Shown here in pieces: positions 51,316-63,873 of a stretch of DNA of 64,000 bases (within the stretch, counting starts at the first letter, position 1; each line of letters begins with the position of its first letter). This DNA is from Piromyces finnis finn. Lineage: Eukaryota; Fungi; Neocallimastigomycota. The DNA is taken from positions 1 to 64,000 of the forward strand of contig MCFH01000082.1 in assembly GCA_002104945.1 (NCBI GenBank), in the 5' to 3' direction. A program made the translations under genes and the position numbers. Under the pieces are notes generated by a model, which was not told where the DNA came from, ran no database searches, and saw only the letters and a list, made by a program, of their open reading frames with translations.

Positions 51316-54300
51316 TTGTAACTAGGGTTATACTATATAATAATTAGAAAATTATTAAAAAATATAATTTAAAAGTTTTATAAACATTTCCTTAATTTTT
51401 TAAATGATTCATAACTTTATAAAGCAATTTCATCCATAGCTCTATATAGCTTTTAAATATATATATTTTCTATACTTTTTATTTTAAACCATTCTTTTTC
51501 ATTAAATTATTGTAACTCCAAAAATAAGTACTCTTTTGGAAATACTAATTTATTCTTTCTATAAAAAAATTATAGAGTAACTCTTGTTGATAAAAAAGAA
51601 TCAAGTTTTATTTTATAAGTCTGAATGGATATATATGAAAAAAATAAATATAAATATTTATTTGGAAATTCTTTTATTAAAATAGTTTTATTATCCTAGA
51701 CGTATTGTTTAATGTAATTTTGTTAATTCCGCATTATCTATGATTGAAATGGAATTCTTTTTATGCATAGAAAATATATTTTTATATATTTTTTACTTTT
51801 ATTTTTAAAAATAAATTACTACATGTGTTTTTATTAAAAAAAAATAATATAATATATAAAATTATAAAATAATAAAAAAAAAAAAGGCAACAAAAATAAA
51901 TATATAAAACTGTATATTAAAGTTTTATTTGAATGGATTAAAATGAAATATAAATATAAATAATGAAGTGTTCATATATTATTTTTAAAAAGTTAAAAAG
52001 AAATATTTAAATAATATAATCTCTTCCTTTATTAAAAAAAATCACAATAAAACAATAATAATAATGTAGCAAGAAAGAGTATAAACTATTTTTCACGATT
52101 ACAAATAATAAAATAATAAAATTAATAAAATAGTAAGCTAATACTAGTTTTATTTAAATTTAAATTAGGAATATTAGTAAATGAGAATAAAAAAGAATGT
52201 TTAAGGAATTTAATTTTTGATTCATTTAATATTTTCTAAAGTAATAATACAAAAAAGGATTTAGGATATAATGTGGAGGATAGATAAAGAATTCCAAAAA
52301 AAATATAGAAACATACCGTGAATTTCAAATGCAATTCGATATCCAGAAATTTAATTATTAAGTTTAGCAAAAAGTTATAATAAAACTACAAAAAAATTAA
52401 AAAAAAATAAGCAATATTATGAATTAAAATCGTAAAAAGATAATTTATTTTTTCCTAAATTACATTTTTATTAAAGTATTACACATTATAGATTATTTAT
52501 ATTTTATTACTTTTTTATTTTTAATTTTATATAAACTTTAACTATTAAGTATATTTTAATATAATAACATCTTCATATTTAATATTTATTTTCAACTATC
52601 TTTAAAAAAAATTCTTTATTTTAATATGTTAGAAATTAAAAAAAAAAAAAAAACATTGAGACTTTTCAAATTATTTTAGTTAAAATAGTCATTTATTTGC
52701 ATATTCATTTATTAATTTATATATATTAATTTATTTATTCATTAATATAATAATAGATTCATTCATTTATCTATTAATAAATTGATTCTTTCGTTATTTT
52801 ATTTAATTAATAATTCTTTTATTCAGTTATATATCATTTGATTTATTCATTTATTTAATGATTTTGAAATAAGTAAAATTTTAAACTCTTCCATATGTCA
52901 AATTACATTTTTATCTATTAAAAAATATTAAGAATTTACCTATATTTATTAATGTATATTTAAAAATTATAGTTAATTATTAAATGGTAGAGTAATGGTT
53001 CTAATTTACTATTCAAAGATGTATATATAGATTATAATTTAAATTAATCAAAATCTATATTGATAAGTAATTTCTAACTACATTTCTACATTTCTACCAA
53101 ATAAAATATAAAATCAAGTATTAATTAGCATTAAAAGCGAAAAAAATGCTAATTATTACCATTATCACCATCATCATCATTATTATTTAATATAAAGTTT
53201 AAAGTTTTTCTAACTTATATAGAATAGCAAGTTAAAATAAAATATAATAAATATAATAATTATGTCTTGTATAAAGTTGTATTGAAATATTTAAAGTGTA
53301 CTTCATTTTTTATATTAATTCAATCTTCAACTATTTATTATATGTTTTATATATTTTTCTTTTATAGTATATATAAACAACTCGAAATATTTTATAAAAG
53401 AAATTTAAACAAAATACTTTAATAATTTTATGGCTAATTTTTATCATAAGAAAACTGTTTAAATAGGACATAAAAGAAAGATGATAATTTATAAAATTTA
53501 CATTGAAAAAATAAAAATATATGTGTAAATATTTATTTTTACTTCAATTATTCTTTAAAAATGGTATTTTAATACTATTTTATTAAGTAAAGTAAATGAG
53601 TAATAATAAAACTGTGTGCTATATCATTTGTATATAATTAAAATAATAAATTACCACTGTCATAGATGTAATATTTTTAAACAAAATTTATAAAGGGTTA
53701 GATTATATTACTAGAGGTTAATATGATTACTTCATTTTGTGGGTTTGAAGAATTAAGTATATATATACAGTTTTTAATAATTGAAATAAATAGAGTATAA
53801 ACAATATAAAATATATTTATATGAAACAACTTATTATTGAAAAAAAAAAGTGAATAAAAAATTTTACTTTACATAAAAATATTAATTTTAGAAAAGATAA
53901 TTAAAAATTATATAAATTTAATTGTTTTTTTTTTTTGGTTATATATCTATATTTAAAAAAAATAAAAGTTTTTATTTAAAAACCTAATACTAATAATTCA
54001 AAATATCTAAATTTTATAATACTATTATGGTAGTAGCAATAATAATTTTTATGTTATTATTACAATTATCAATATCATTTGATAGATTAGATTTTAGAGA
54101 GAAATATTTTTTAATCATTGAATATAAGGTATTTAGTTAATCAATGTTGGATATTTTAATTATTACTTCTGCGACAAAGACATTGATTATGGAAAATAAT
54201 AATAACTAATTTAACATCTTTAGTTAACTTGTATTTGTTTCTTATAAAATGGTTATTTAAATTTATAAAATTTTATCTTATTATTAGGCTTCATTTTAAT

Positions 54301-54704
54301 CTCATTATTTTCATTTTCAGTAAATCAATAAAAATTAGAATGTAATATTTTTATGTAAAATAAAAATATGTTTTAAAAAATATAATTTTTTATTTATAAC
54401 TTTATTAAATTTCAATATTTTTATTCTCTAAATATCAAATGTAAAATCCTATTGTCTTAAAAATTCTAAACTTTACTAAAATATGAATATCTTTTTAAAT
54501 TGATAAATTAATAATAGTTAAAAATAATTAAAATTTTTATTTTTATATTATATTTAGAAATTATAATAAAAAGTATAGGTTAAATAATTTTATATTTTAA
54601 AAAAGGTGATGAAGAATATATTATAATGTGAATAACAATAAAAAGTCGTATCGTTTTTTTTTAAATTTAAAATATTTTTAAATTAAAACAACATGATGAT
54701 GCTT

Positions 54705-54784
54705 AATACTACTATTACTACTACTACTACTACTAATAATAATAATAATAAACATAATAATAATAATAATAATAATAATAATTA

Positions 54785-54833
<49 letters not shown>

Positions 54834-54835
54834 TA

Positions 54836-54896
<61 letters not shown>

Positions 54897-54898
54897 TA

Positions 54899-54955
<57 letters not shown>

Positions 54956-54980
54956 TAATAATAATGATAATAATAATAAT
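54705..54980. repeat. Expanded (AAT)n microsatellite with three periodic attag interruptions
   Basis: Direct observation; much longer than its paralog at 36385-36505. Confidence 0.95.
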
Positions 54981-55686
54981 ATATATAAGTAATTATATAA
55001 TAAAATTATAATATATAAATAGTATTAGTTTTTAATCAATTTAAAAGTAACAATAAAAATTAAAAAATAAGTAAAAATTAAGAAAAGTTTGTAATAATAA
55101 ATAAAAATATATAAAATTATTTATTTTCTCTATATTCTTTACAATATAAATAAAAATTAATCATAATAAGATTATTATTATAATTATTAATTTACAATAT
55201 CTTATATTGACTTGATATTTAATAATATGTTAAAATATAATAAACATTTCTTGCATAAATTTATAATATTAAAATATTTACAATACATTTCATTTTCATT
55301 TCTTATATATATTTTTATTTTTTTAATTGTGTGTAAATCTTTTTCATTTATTTCTTTCATAATAATATTTTTTTCATGATAAAATTTTTTTAATAAATGG
55401 CATTTTAGCATTAATTCACTAAGTAAAGTAAATGTGTAATAATATATTTGTGGGCTATAACATGGCAATAACTTTTAAAATTTTATAATTTCTTTTTTAT
55501 TTAAAACATTTTATTTAAATTTTTTAAGTAAAATTGATAATTAAATTTTATTTATTAAAAAATAAAATACTTTTTTTTTTTATCTTTTAATATTTATTGT
55601 TTTTTATTTAAAAAAAAACACCAGTAAAATATTATTTATTTTTAGTTTGTTAAACAAATTCAACTATTTTTATTTTATTTTTCAAA

Positions 55687-56486
55687 ATGAATAGCAATAA
55701 CAATATTGATTATAATGACTGTGACAGTGATAAGAGCACTATGCCAATTTCTTATGAGTCAGAACAAGACCTCTTTGAAGAGGTTGAATTTCAAGATGAA
55801 ATAGTTCAACTCACTAATTTAATTAAAGAAAAAAAATTTGACATAGTTATCACAGCAATTGAATGCAATGTTTCAATTGAGTTTTTAGACATATTATTAA
55901 GTAGATTAAAATATAATATCAATAAATTCACCGTTTTCAAAAATGGTGAAATTAAATCGCCACTATATGCTGCAATTTCAAAAAATCATTTTAAAATTGC
56001 AGACTTCATTATCAGTAAAGGGGGCGATGTCAATTATGTTCAAAATAATTTTGACATTGCAAAATTATTGATGGAAAATAATTTATTCACTACCAAGGTC
56101 TTTATGTATCTTTTAAACAGAGATTGGGACATAATGATGATTAAACATTATGTTTACGATTTTAATTTTAGATACGATTTGGCATCCACATATATCAAAT
56201 ATTTATGTGATAAAGACCTAGTTAATCAGTCACTTTCAATGTATCAGAAAGAAATGGTATATCAAAAGAAAACTTTGAAAAAATTGTAATAATTATGAAG
56301 TCATAAATGATATGTATGTGCTTGATGAAAGCACACCGGATCAAAAGGTAAAATTTATTTTAGAAGAATTAAAAAGAATTGGAAGTAATGACAAAGATGC
56401 CTATATATTATCTATGACAATTAAAAATCAAGAATTTATTAAATATTTCAATAAATATAATGATTACAATGAATGGATAACTAATT
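55687..56486 (+). pseudogene. Internally deleted ankyrin-like gene (N-terminus fused to the last approx 66 codons)
   Basis: ORF 55687-56289 homologous to 43940-44896; 56290-56486 near-identical to the C-terminus of 37385-38209; taataa microhomology at the junction. Confidence 0.8.
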
Positions 56487-59042
56487 AAAATAATTTTATA
56501 TTTAAATTTTTATATTTAAATTTTTATATTTAAATTTTTTCTTGTTTTATATTTTTATTAATAAAAAAGACATGTAATAATTCATTTTTAAAATAAAATA
56601 TAAATAAAATAATATAAATATAATAAAAATATAATAAAAAAATAAAATATTTCTTAAAGCATAATAAAAAATAAATAAAATATAAATAAAATATAATTAT
56701 AAAAAATAAAGTATATCTTAAAGTGTAAAAATTTTAAAAAAAAAAGTTTAAGTTTTTTCGTGTCAAAGTTCAAATGCATTTTTTTTCAGATCAAATTTTT
56801 TTAAATGGACGATGAATAATTAATTAATTAATTAATTAAATAAAGTTGTATTTTTTTATTCTTTTAAATTTAAACTTTAATTTTATTTTATATATAAAAT
56901 AATTTAATTATATATCAGTTATTAAAACTTTTGAATTTTTTTTTATTATTTAAATGGATCAACCATTATTAATATTGAAATAAAAAAAACAACTTTTCAG
57001 TAAATATAATGAATGATATTAATTATATTATATATTTTTAATATTTAAAAAGCATATTATAGTATCTATTATAGTATAATTAAATAAAAAAAATATTAAT
57101 TAATTGTTATAAAGAGTTTTTTTTTTTTTTATTAGAAATAAATTATATATTTCATTTATACAATTTATTATATTTATATTTAATTAAATCTAGGATATTT
57201 GATGATGTTACTTTATGTAATAATAAATAGATAATTAGAACAGCTTGTTCAATTGTAGAAATAACTACATTAAAATTTTTTTTGGTAGTAATTTACCTAT
57301 TTAATGTAAACAAAAAATATTAATTCAAGAGGAGAAAATTTCCAAAAACAACAATAACAACAAAACGAAAAAAAAATTTAAATATATATAGAATCATATT
57401 TATTGAATACCATATTAGAAATATTGAAAGCAAAACTATATATATACAATTGATTACTAAACAAATAATAATATAATGCTTATATTTTAATATAATGATA
57501 TATTCTAAAATAATTTTCATCTATGTAATTTCATTTATTTTATAAAATTAAATGAAAAAAGGTTACTTTTTGGTTACTTTTTTTTTGTGTTGTTATAAAT
57601 ATAAATATAACCATATAGTTTATTTTAAATTTTTTATATTTTAAGTATGTAATAGAATGGACCTTAATAAAATTTTAAAGTATAGATAATAATAATGGTT
57701 TTGAATTATATTAAATTAACTTTTTTGAACTTTATGTTCTTTCATATTATTGTATGTAGATAAAATTATTAAATATCAATAATAAAATTAGTGAAATAAT
57801 TTTAGTTTTAGTTATTTTTTTTAATATCTTTATTAATATTAACATTTAAACATTCTTTTTATTCTTTCTCAAAATATTATACATTTATACAATTAATTTT
57901 CTTTTTTTTTTTTTAAGCATTATTTTTTAAATTTACTTCCACTTAATATTTATCAATAATATCATCCATTGGTTTATTATTTATTTTATTAAGAAAAAAA
58001 ATAATATTTTTAGTGCTATTTTTATATTTAGGGTGTTGTTTTCTGATTTAAATTAATTCAATATAATAGTTTATTTCTATCCTATTTCCACATTTTTTGT
58101 TTTCAATTTCAGTATCATTTTTTATATAAATGCATATTTATACAATATTATATTTTAATAATGTATTGATCTAGATTGTTTTTAAAATTTTTATTTATTA
58201 TTGCAAATGATATTTAATATTTATCGTTAATATAATATTTATTATTATTTTTATAATGGACATTGATTTATTTTCCACATTAATTTTTTACCCATAACAA
58301 TATCTTTTCTCATTTTTTTCAGATATTAATTTTAATATATTTATAGGATAATTATCTAGTCATTATCATTCAACAATTTTGTGTCTTTAATATTATTTAA
58401 TATATATAATTTCTTTTAATACGCAATTGGTATTAATCTATATTTACATATATGTTTAAATTTATTAAAAATAAAGTCCTTTTCATTCTCGACAAATTCT
58501 ATATAGTAATCTTTCAATAGAATCCTATTCTATGCCTAGTTTATTATTTTCTTTCAATAATCAAAATATATACAAGTACCATAAAATAATATACAAATAT
58601 ACAACTTATACTTATTATATAGAAATAATATTTAAAATTTAAAAAAAGGTAGTTGAATAAGCAAAATTATATAACAAAAATAAAGACATTATTAAAATTT
58701 AATAATAAAATTATAAATATAAATATTTAAAAAAAAATTAGTTTATATTAAGAAGCAAGTAATAACTTGAAAAGTAATTTTTTTTTTTTTTTTTTTTTTT
58801 TTAACGGCATCAAATATTTTAAACTTTATTATTAATTTAATTAAAATTATAATACATGTAATAAAAAAATTAAAATTAAAATAAAAATAAAAAAAAATAT
58901 GTTTAAATAAACACAAATGAATAAAAATTGGGTATAATGTATTCTAGTAATTTTAATTAAAGTAAGAAAGCCACTATCATACTAAAGTATAATAATTGTA
59001 TTTGACTTCCAATGGGACACCGAGCCAAAGATCAAAATTTTG

Positions 59043-59824
59043 TCATGGAACAAAATTATGATCTCCATTGGTTGCGCTGGCCCTCCTGGCCTGTCTTACT
59101 GTTTCTTCAGCATTGACGCTCTTGGATGTTGCTTCAAACCTTTTGAACATTGACCATTGCTGGCCAATAGCAAAAGGCATGATTTTGGTTAGAAGTTCCG
59201 CGGTTACCGTCAAGAATGGTGTTCCTTCATTAGTACCAGATTGAATCTGACGCTTACAAAGTTCTTTCCATTCCCTTGAATTGTAATTAATATTGTTAAA
59301 ACTTCTTCCCCCAAGAAGGAATTTAAATATTTTACTGCACACACTAGAATAATCATAGACATTAATATTCACCGGATTATTAGAACTATTACTATCATTA
59401 ACTAAATTACTATCTAAATTAGAATTATTATCTTCACTATTGCTATCATTACTAATATTATTATTTCTATTACTACTATTGTTATTATTACTATTGTTAT
59501 TATTACTATTATTACTATTGTTACTATTACTATTATTGTTATTGCTATCTCTACTGATATTAACATTTTCATTATTATTGATAGGACTATTGGAATTACG
59601 TTGACTGAAAAAATTTAGTAGCTGGACTATGGAATCATAATGTTTAATACGGATATCTCTAAATGTTGGACAATCTAATAACCAATGTTTAATACTTTGA
59701 ACACCACACTTGCAACATGGACAGTAGTTAGGCCAAACTGGATCAACAAATTTGGCAGCTTTGGCAACTCTAGCATCCAACTTGTATCCGCTTCTTGCTT
59801 TCAATAGCCAGTAGAAGCCATAGG

Positions 59825-59866
<42 letters not shown>

Positions 59867-62800
59867 TTCCGAGTGCATTTCTCCCATCGATCAGAGTTAG
59901 CTCCAATGGTGGTTCTTAGAGAAACGTTGGCTCATTCCTATTGCTAGGTGGTTGTGACCCTCCTGGTCTGTCATACTGTTTCTTCAGCTTCGACGCTCAC
60001 TTAATCCATGTACATTAGATGCATGTCGTTGTACGATATTTCACAACTACAATGCTAAGCCTCTTATAGTCAATTTGATCACGTGCCAACCGCCCCCTAA
60101 TGTTTACACTTAAATTGATTAAGGAATATTATGTGTTTTTGGCATAGCCTAAGTCACCACTTATTAAGTTCTAATTTGGAATGTACCATGTACACTAGAC
60201 CCTCTCAGGCCGGCTAGACGAGTGTTATTATCATAGTAGTAAATTAGAAAGTTCATTTATACTTACCTGAATATCATAACCCAACCCATGGCAAACCCAG
60301 TGGGAAAATCCACAGGCACTGACATCTGCGGGGTCGAACCAGAAGCCTTATGTATGCTAAGGAAACGCCTTAACAACCAGGATAAAAACTGGAACGACAA
60401 GCCATAGGCAAACTCTGGGTATTCATAACATAATTTAATAAAATCTTTAGTTTCAATAAATTTATTATCATCATAATATTGCGCTTTGATTGAATTCCCT
60501 TTGAGATCTTTCCAATAAAAGTTTTTAATTGCTTTAATATCTCCATGCTTCTTTAGTTTTTTATCAAGTGTCCTACTTGATTTGCACCACGTGTATTTTC
60601 TAAATTTAGGAATGTAATTGACAAGGTGTGAGATAATACAATTTGAGTTTTTCCATTTGTTAAAACATCTAATCTGAGCTAACGCACATTTGGCTGACAA
60701 TGGAGGAATATTCAAATCTTTTGAGATAGAGTATAAAGATATAAACGATACAGCTTTATGAACTCCGGCAACCCATCGTATTCCTTTGTTAACATGCTTC
60801 TGAGCAATCCTATACCTAGCTTTGTTGGATCCAAGTAATGGTGCAAAGTATGAAACTCTGCTAATCACTTGTGAGTTAAGTACTAGCTTTTTGAAGGGAA
60901 TAGGAATATTAGGATTTCTTAAGAATTTACTGACTGAAAAAAGTCCTTTCAAAACTTTGTTATTAAGAGTTTTAATTACTGGTTTAAGGGACAGATTCTT
61001 ATCAAATGGAACACCAAGATAAGTATAACAATCAGTAGTTGGAATGGGTTGTCCTGCTAAGTAAAATGTTGGATCTCTCTTGTTCTGATTTTCTATTGAT
61101 TCAGGACGAATCACCATCGTTGAACACTTCTGGATACCAAATTCCATTTCATTATACAATGCCCATTCATTAACTCTTCTAAGCATCATTTTTAAGCATC
61201 CTCTTGTTGGAGCACAAATAACTATATCATCTGCAAAAAGTCCACCACAGCATCGAGTGTCACCTAGACTGACTCCTAGATCTTCGCACTCTCTAAATAT
61301 ATCATTAATAAAGAGATTAAAGAGAATAGGAGAAAGAGGGCATCCTTGACGGACTCCTTTCTTCACATCAAAAGATTTCGAGAATTGTCCATCTAATTTG
61401 ACATTAGCCTTAGATGTTAAATATAAATTTTTGATAAATTGTAAACTCTTACCTCGGATTCCTAAACAATCTAATTTATGGAGAATATTACCGATTGGGA
61501 CTGAATCGTATGCTTTCCTGAGATCTAAAAAGGCCAAATATGTCTCTTTATTATCTAATTGACGTCTACGGCATATTTCTTGGATTGAAATGAAAAGACT
61601 GATACTTTCTTCCTTTTTTCGAAAACCAAATTGTTCAGGTCTAATGAAATTATTCTTTAGACCATATTCTGAGATTCTAGTGGTGACAATTTTGGAAATC
61701 AACTTAATACCATTATTGATAAGTGATATACCTCGATAGTTATCACAATCTGTCAAATCTCCCTTCTTAGGAATGGAAACAATACTGGATTCATTCCAAG
61801 AGCTGGGGAAATCTCCATCCCAAATACGGTTGAATAATTTAAGAATAAAATTTAAACCATAAGCATCATTATCTGAAGTGGTATTACCGGAAGAATTATT
61901 ATCTGTAGCATTATTAGAATCATTACTTGATGGAATTAATGCTTTGTAAAATTCAATTGGAATACCATCCGGACCTGATGCTTTATAATTTGGAGTAGAG
62001 AGGATAGCTGACTTGACTTCATCAATACTAATATCTTGGTTGATATCCCACTCATCAAGCATAGGAAGTGAAAAACGTTTATTCATTGGTTCTTCATACC
62101 AATGCTCCAAATCAAGACTTACACCACTTGGATCTGATGCAAGCTTTTCGAAATGATCATGCCACACTTCTAGTTGTTCTTCCGTAGCAACAACTAATTC
62201 TCCATTTTTATTTTTAATTGGTTGAGCAATAAAGAAAGAATCTTTTCCAATTTTTGCAGTTTTCTTGATCCATTTCCAGGCCTTCTTAGGATTATGACTC
62301 TTCATATACTCACATCCTGTTTTAATCCAATGAAGATATTCTTGCTTCCTAAATTTATTACATCTTTTGTGGATGTAATCAATGAGCTTACGGTAGATTT
62401 CAATTCTTTTAATAAATTCATCTATATCATAAATTCTTTCTTTTTAAATCTCTTATACAACTTCATTTTGATTTTTTGAAGATTAAAAATTTGTTGTGAA
62501 ATATGAAATGAAGACTTTATAACATTATTTGCTGAGGTAATACTGAGCTCGTCTGCAATTGAAAAAGCAGTTGAAGTAAACTCTTTGGAAAGTTCATCTG
62601 TAGAAACATTAGGATCGTTGAATTTTGCTGAAAGTATTTGGAATTTATTATGACTGAGAATAGATTCCTTTTCCTCAATACATTTTAATCTATTCCATTT
62701 CAGAATTTTCTTAGGAACATTAAAGTCATTAGAAAAATCTTCCATAGGAATAATTTTACCATTAATGAGAAGTGGCTTATGGTCTGATACAGGATAAAAA

Positions 62801-63873
62801 TTATTTATAAATGATCCTGAGTGAATAAGATCTTTCATCTTCGAATTGATAAGAGCATGGTCAATGTCGGAAGATTGATCACCTCGAGTCCAAGAGATAG
62901 TAGACCCTCTAAGCGGAAGAATTTCCCAATCTCCTAATCCATTAGTTGATAACCAGTTGGATAATTTAACTTTAGACATATTAAAATCACCAACAAGAAT
63001 CGATGGATGGGATGAATGAGTTTGTAACCACAAGCGAACCTCTAACTTTGCATGATCAACATAGATGTTGTGATGACTATGAGGCATATAAACATTTCCA
63101 ATCGAGCATTTGAATCTATTCCAAAGACTAAAAGTATAAATAGAAATAATATACTTTCCAGAGAAGTTTTCAAGTGAGGCTTGACACGAATTGTGAAAAC
63201 CTAAATATAAACCTCTCATTCCAGGAACTGATTCGTCAGCTTTCTTGAAAAAGTGTCTATAGTTTCGCAAAGTAACACGACAAGGATAATCTGTATTCGA
63301 TCCAGAACCATTACCAGTTTCTTGGAAACATAAAAATAATGGTTTGAAAATAGCTGTGAAATAGCTAATACTATCTCTCTTTTCGTGATTCCACCCATTG
63401 GTGTTCCAACTAAGACAAAAAGAAAAGTTATCAGGCTTGTTGGATGAGGAAGAATCGTTGCTATTATTATTATTATTAAAGTCATCGTTATTAATGGATG
63501 ATGCATCAGAGGAATAAGTAGAACTATTACTAGATGGCTGTGAAGCTGAAGAACTATCAACTATTGAACTGTTATCAGAGTTGATAGAGCTATTAGAATT
63601 AATTGTTGAATGTTGAGATTGAAATTGTGTTTGCTGTAGATCTGGAATATTTTCATGATGGGAAACTTGTTGAAGATCTTGTTGAAGATCTTGTTGAAGA
63701 TCGGATTGTTGATGGGATTGTTGAACTGATTGTTGAAATAATTGTTGAATAGAATGTTGATGTTTATTAGAAACTAAAATTTTACGTTTGAGTGTGGAAA
63801 AAGTGTATTTGTGATTCCTTCTACTACGAGCTGAAAAGGAAATTGAGGTAATTGAAAGTTTCTTCTTTAACAT
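59043..63873 (-). pseudogene. LINE APE-RT-zinc finger ORF, broken only by one frameshift (approx 62445) and the SINE
   Basis: ORFs 62422-63873, 60263-62305 and 59043-59804 join through RIYDIDEFIKR..EYMKSH and FAYG/FYWLLKARSG. Confidence 0.9.
59827..60398 (-). mobile_element. tRNA-derived SINE, copy 3 (young)
   Basis: 535-bp body plus A37 tail; perfect 12-bp TSD AAGCCATAGGCA (59815-59826 / 60399-60410); head has GTTAAGGCG and B box GGTTCGACCCC. Confidence 0.92.

Noticed and set aside
51400-51780. Possible Tc1/IS630 DDE remnant (IIDNA on the minus strand)
   Set aside because: Only one short motif; no PYSP.LNPIE motif or TIRs found.
52290-52395. Aldo-keto reductase-like LAKSYNKT stretch
   Set aside because: Too short, with stops; could be chance.
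54705-54980. CRISPR-like or telomeric array
   Set aside because: Simple AAT microsatellite without unique spacers; no CRISPR array or rRNA gene was seen anywhere in the window.
31417-57520. Short F/I/L/N/K-rich ORFs in AT-rich DNA (31417-31629, 45365-45598, 51058-51321, 55202-55468, 57320-57520)
   Set aside because: Composition expected from random AT-rich or microsatellite sequence; no recognisable domain.
60259-60398. U1 snRNA gene (ATACTTACCTG; also at 13559)
   Set aside because: Only the first 11 nt match; no U1 loop I/II motifs or Sm site follow, and it lies antisense inside the SINE.
60318-60398. Functional tRNA gene
   Set aside because: Acceptor and anticodon stems do not pair; it is the head of a repeated, poly(A)-tailed element.
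1996-63560. Short ORFs antisense to or overlapping retroelement genes (e.g. 1996-2232, 7554-7781, 20139-20345, 22801-23157, 25805-26083, 60822-61022, 63216-63560)
   Set aside because: Shadow frames of pol/LINE coding sequence with no independent motifs.
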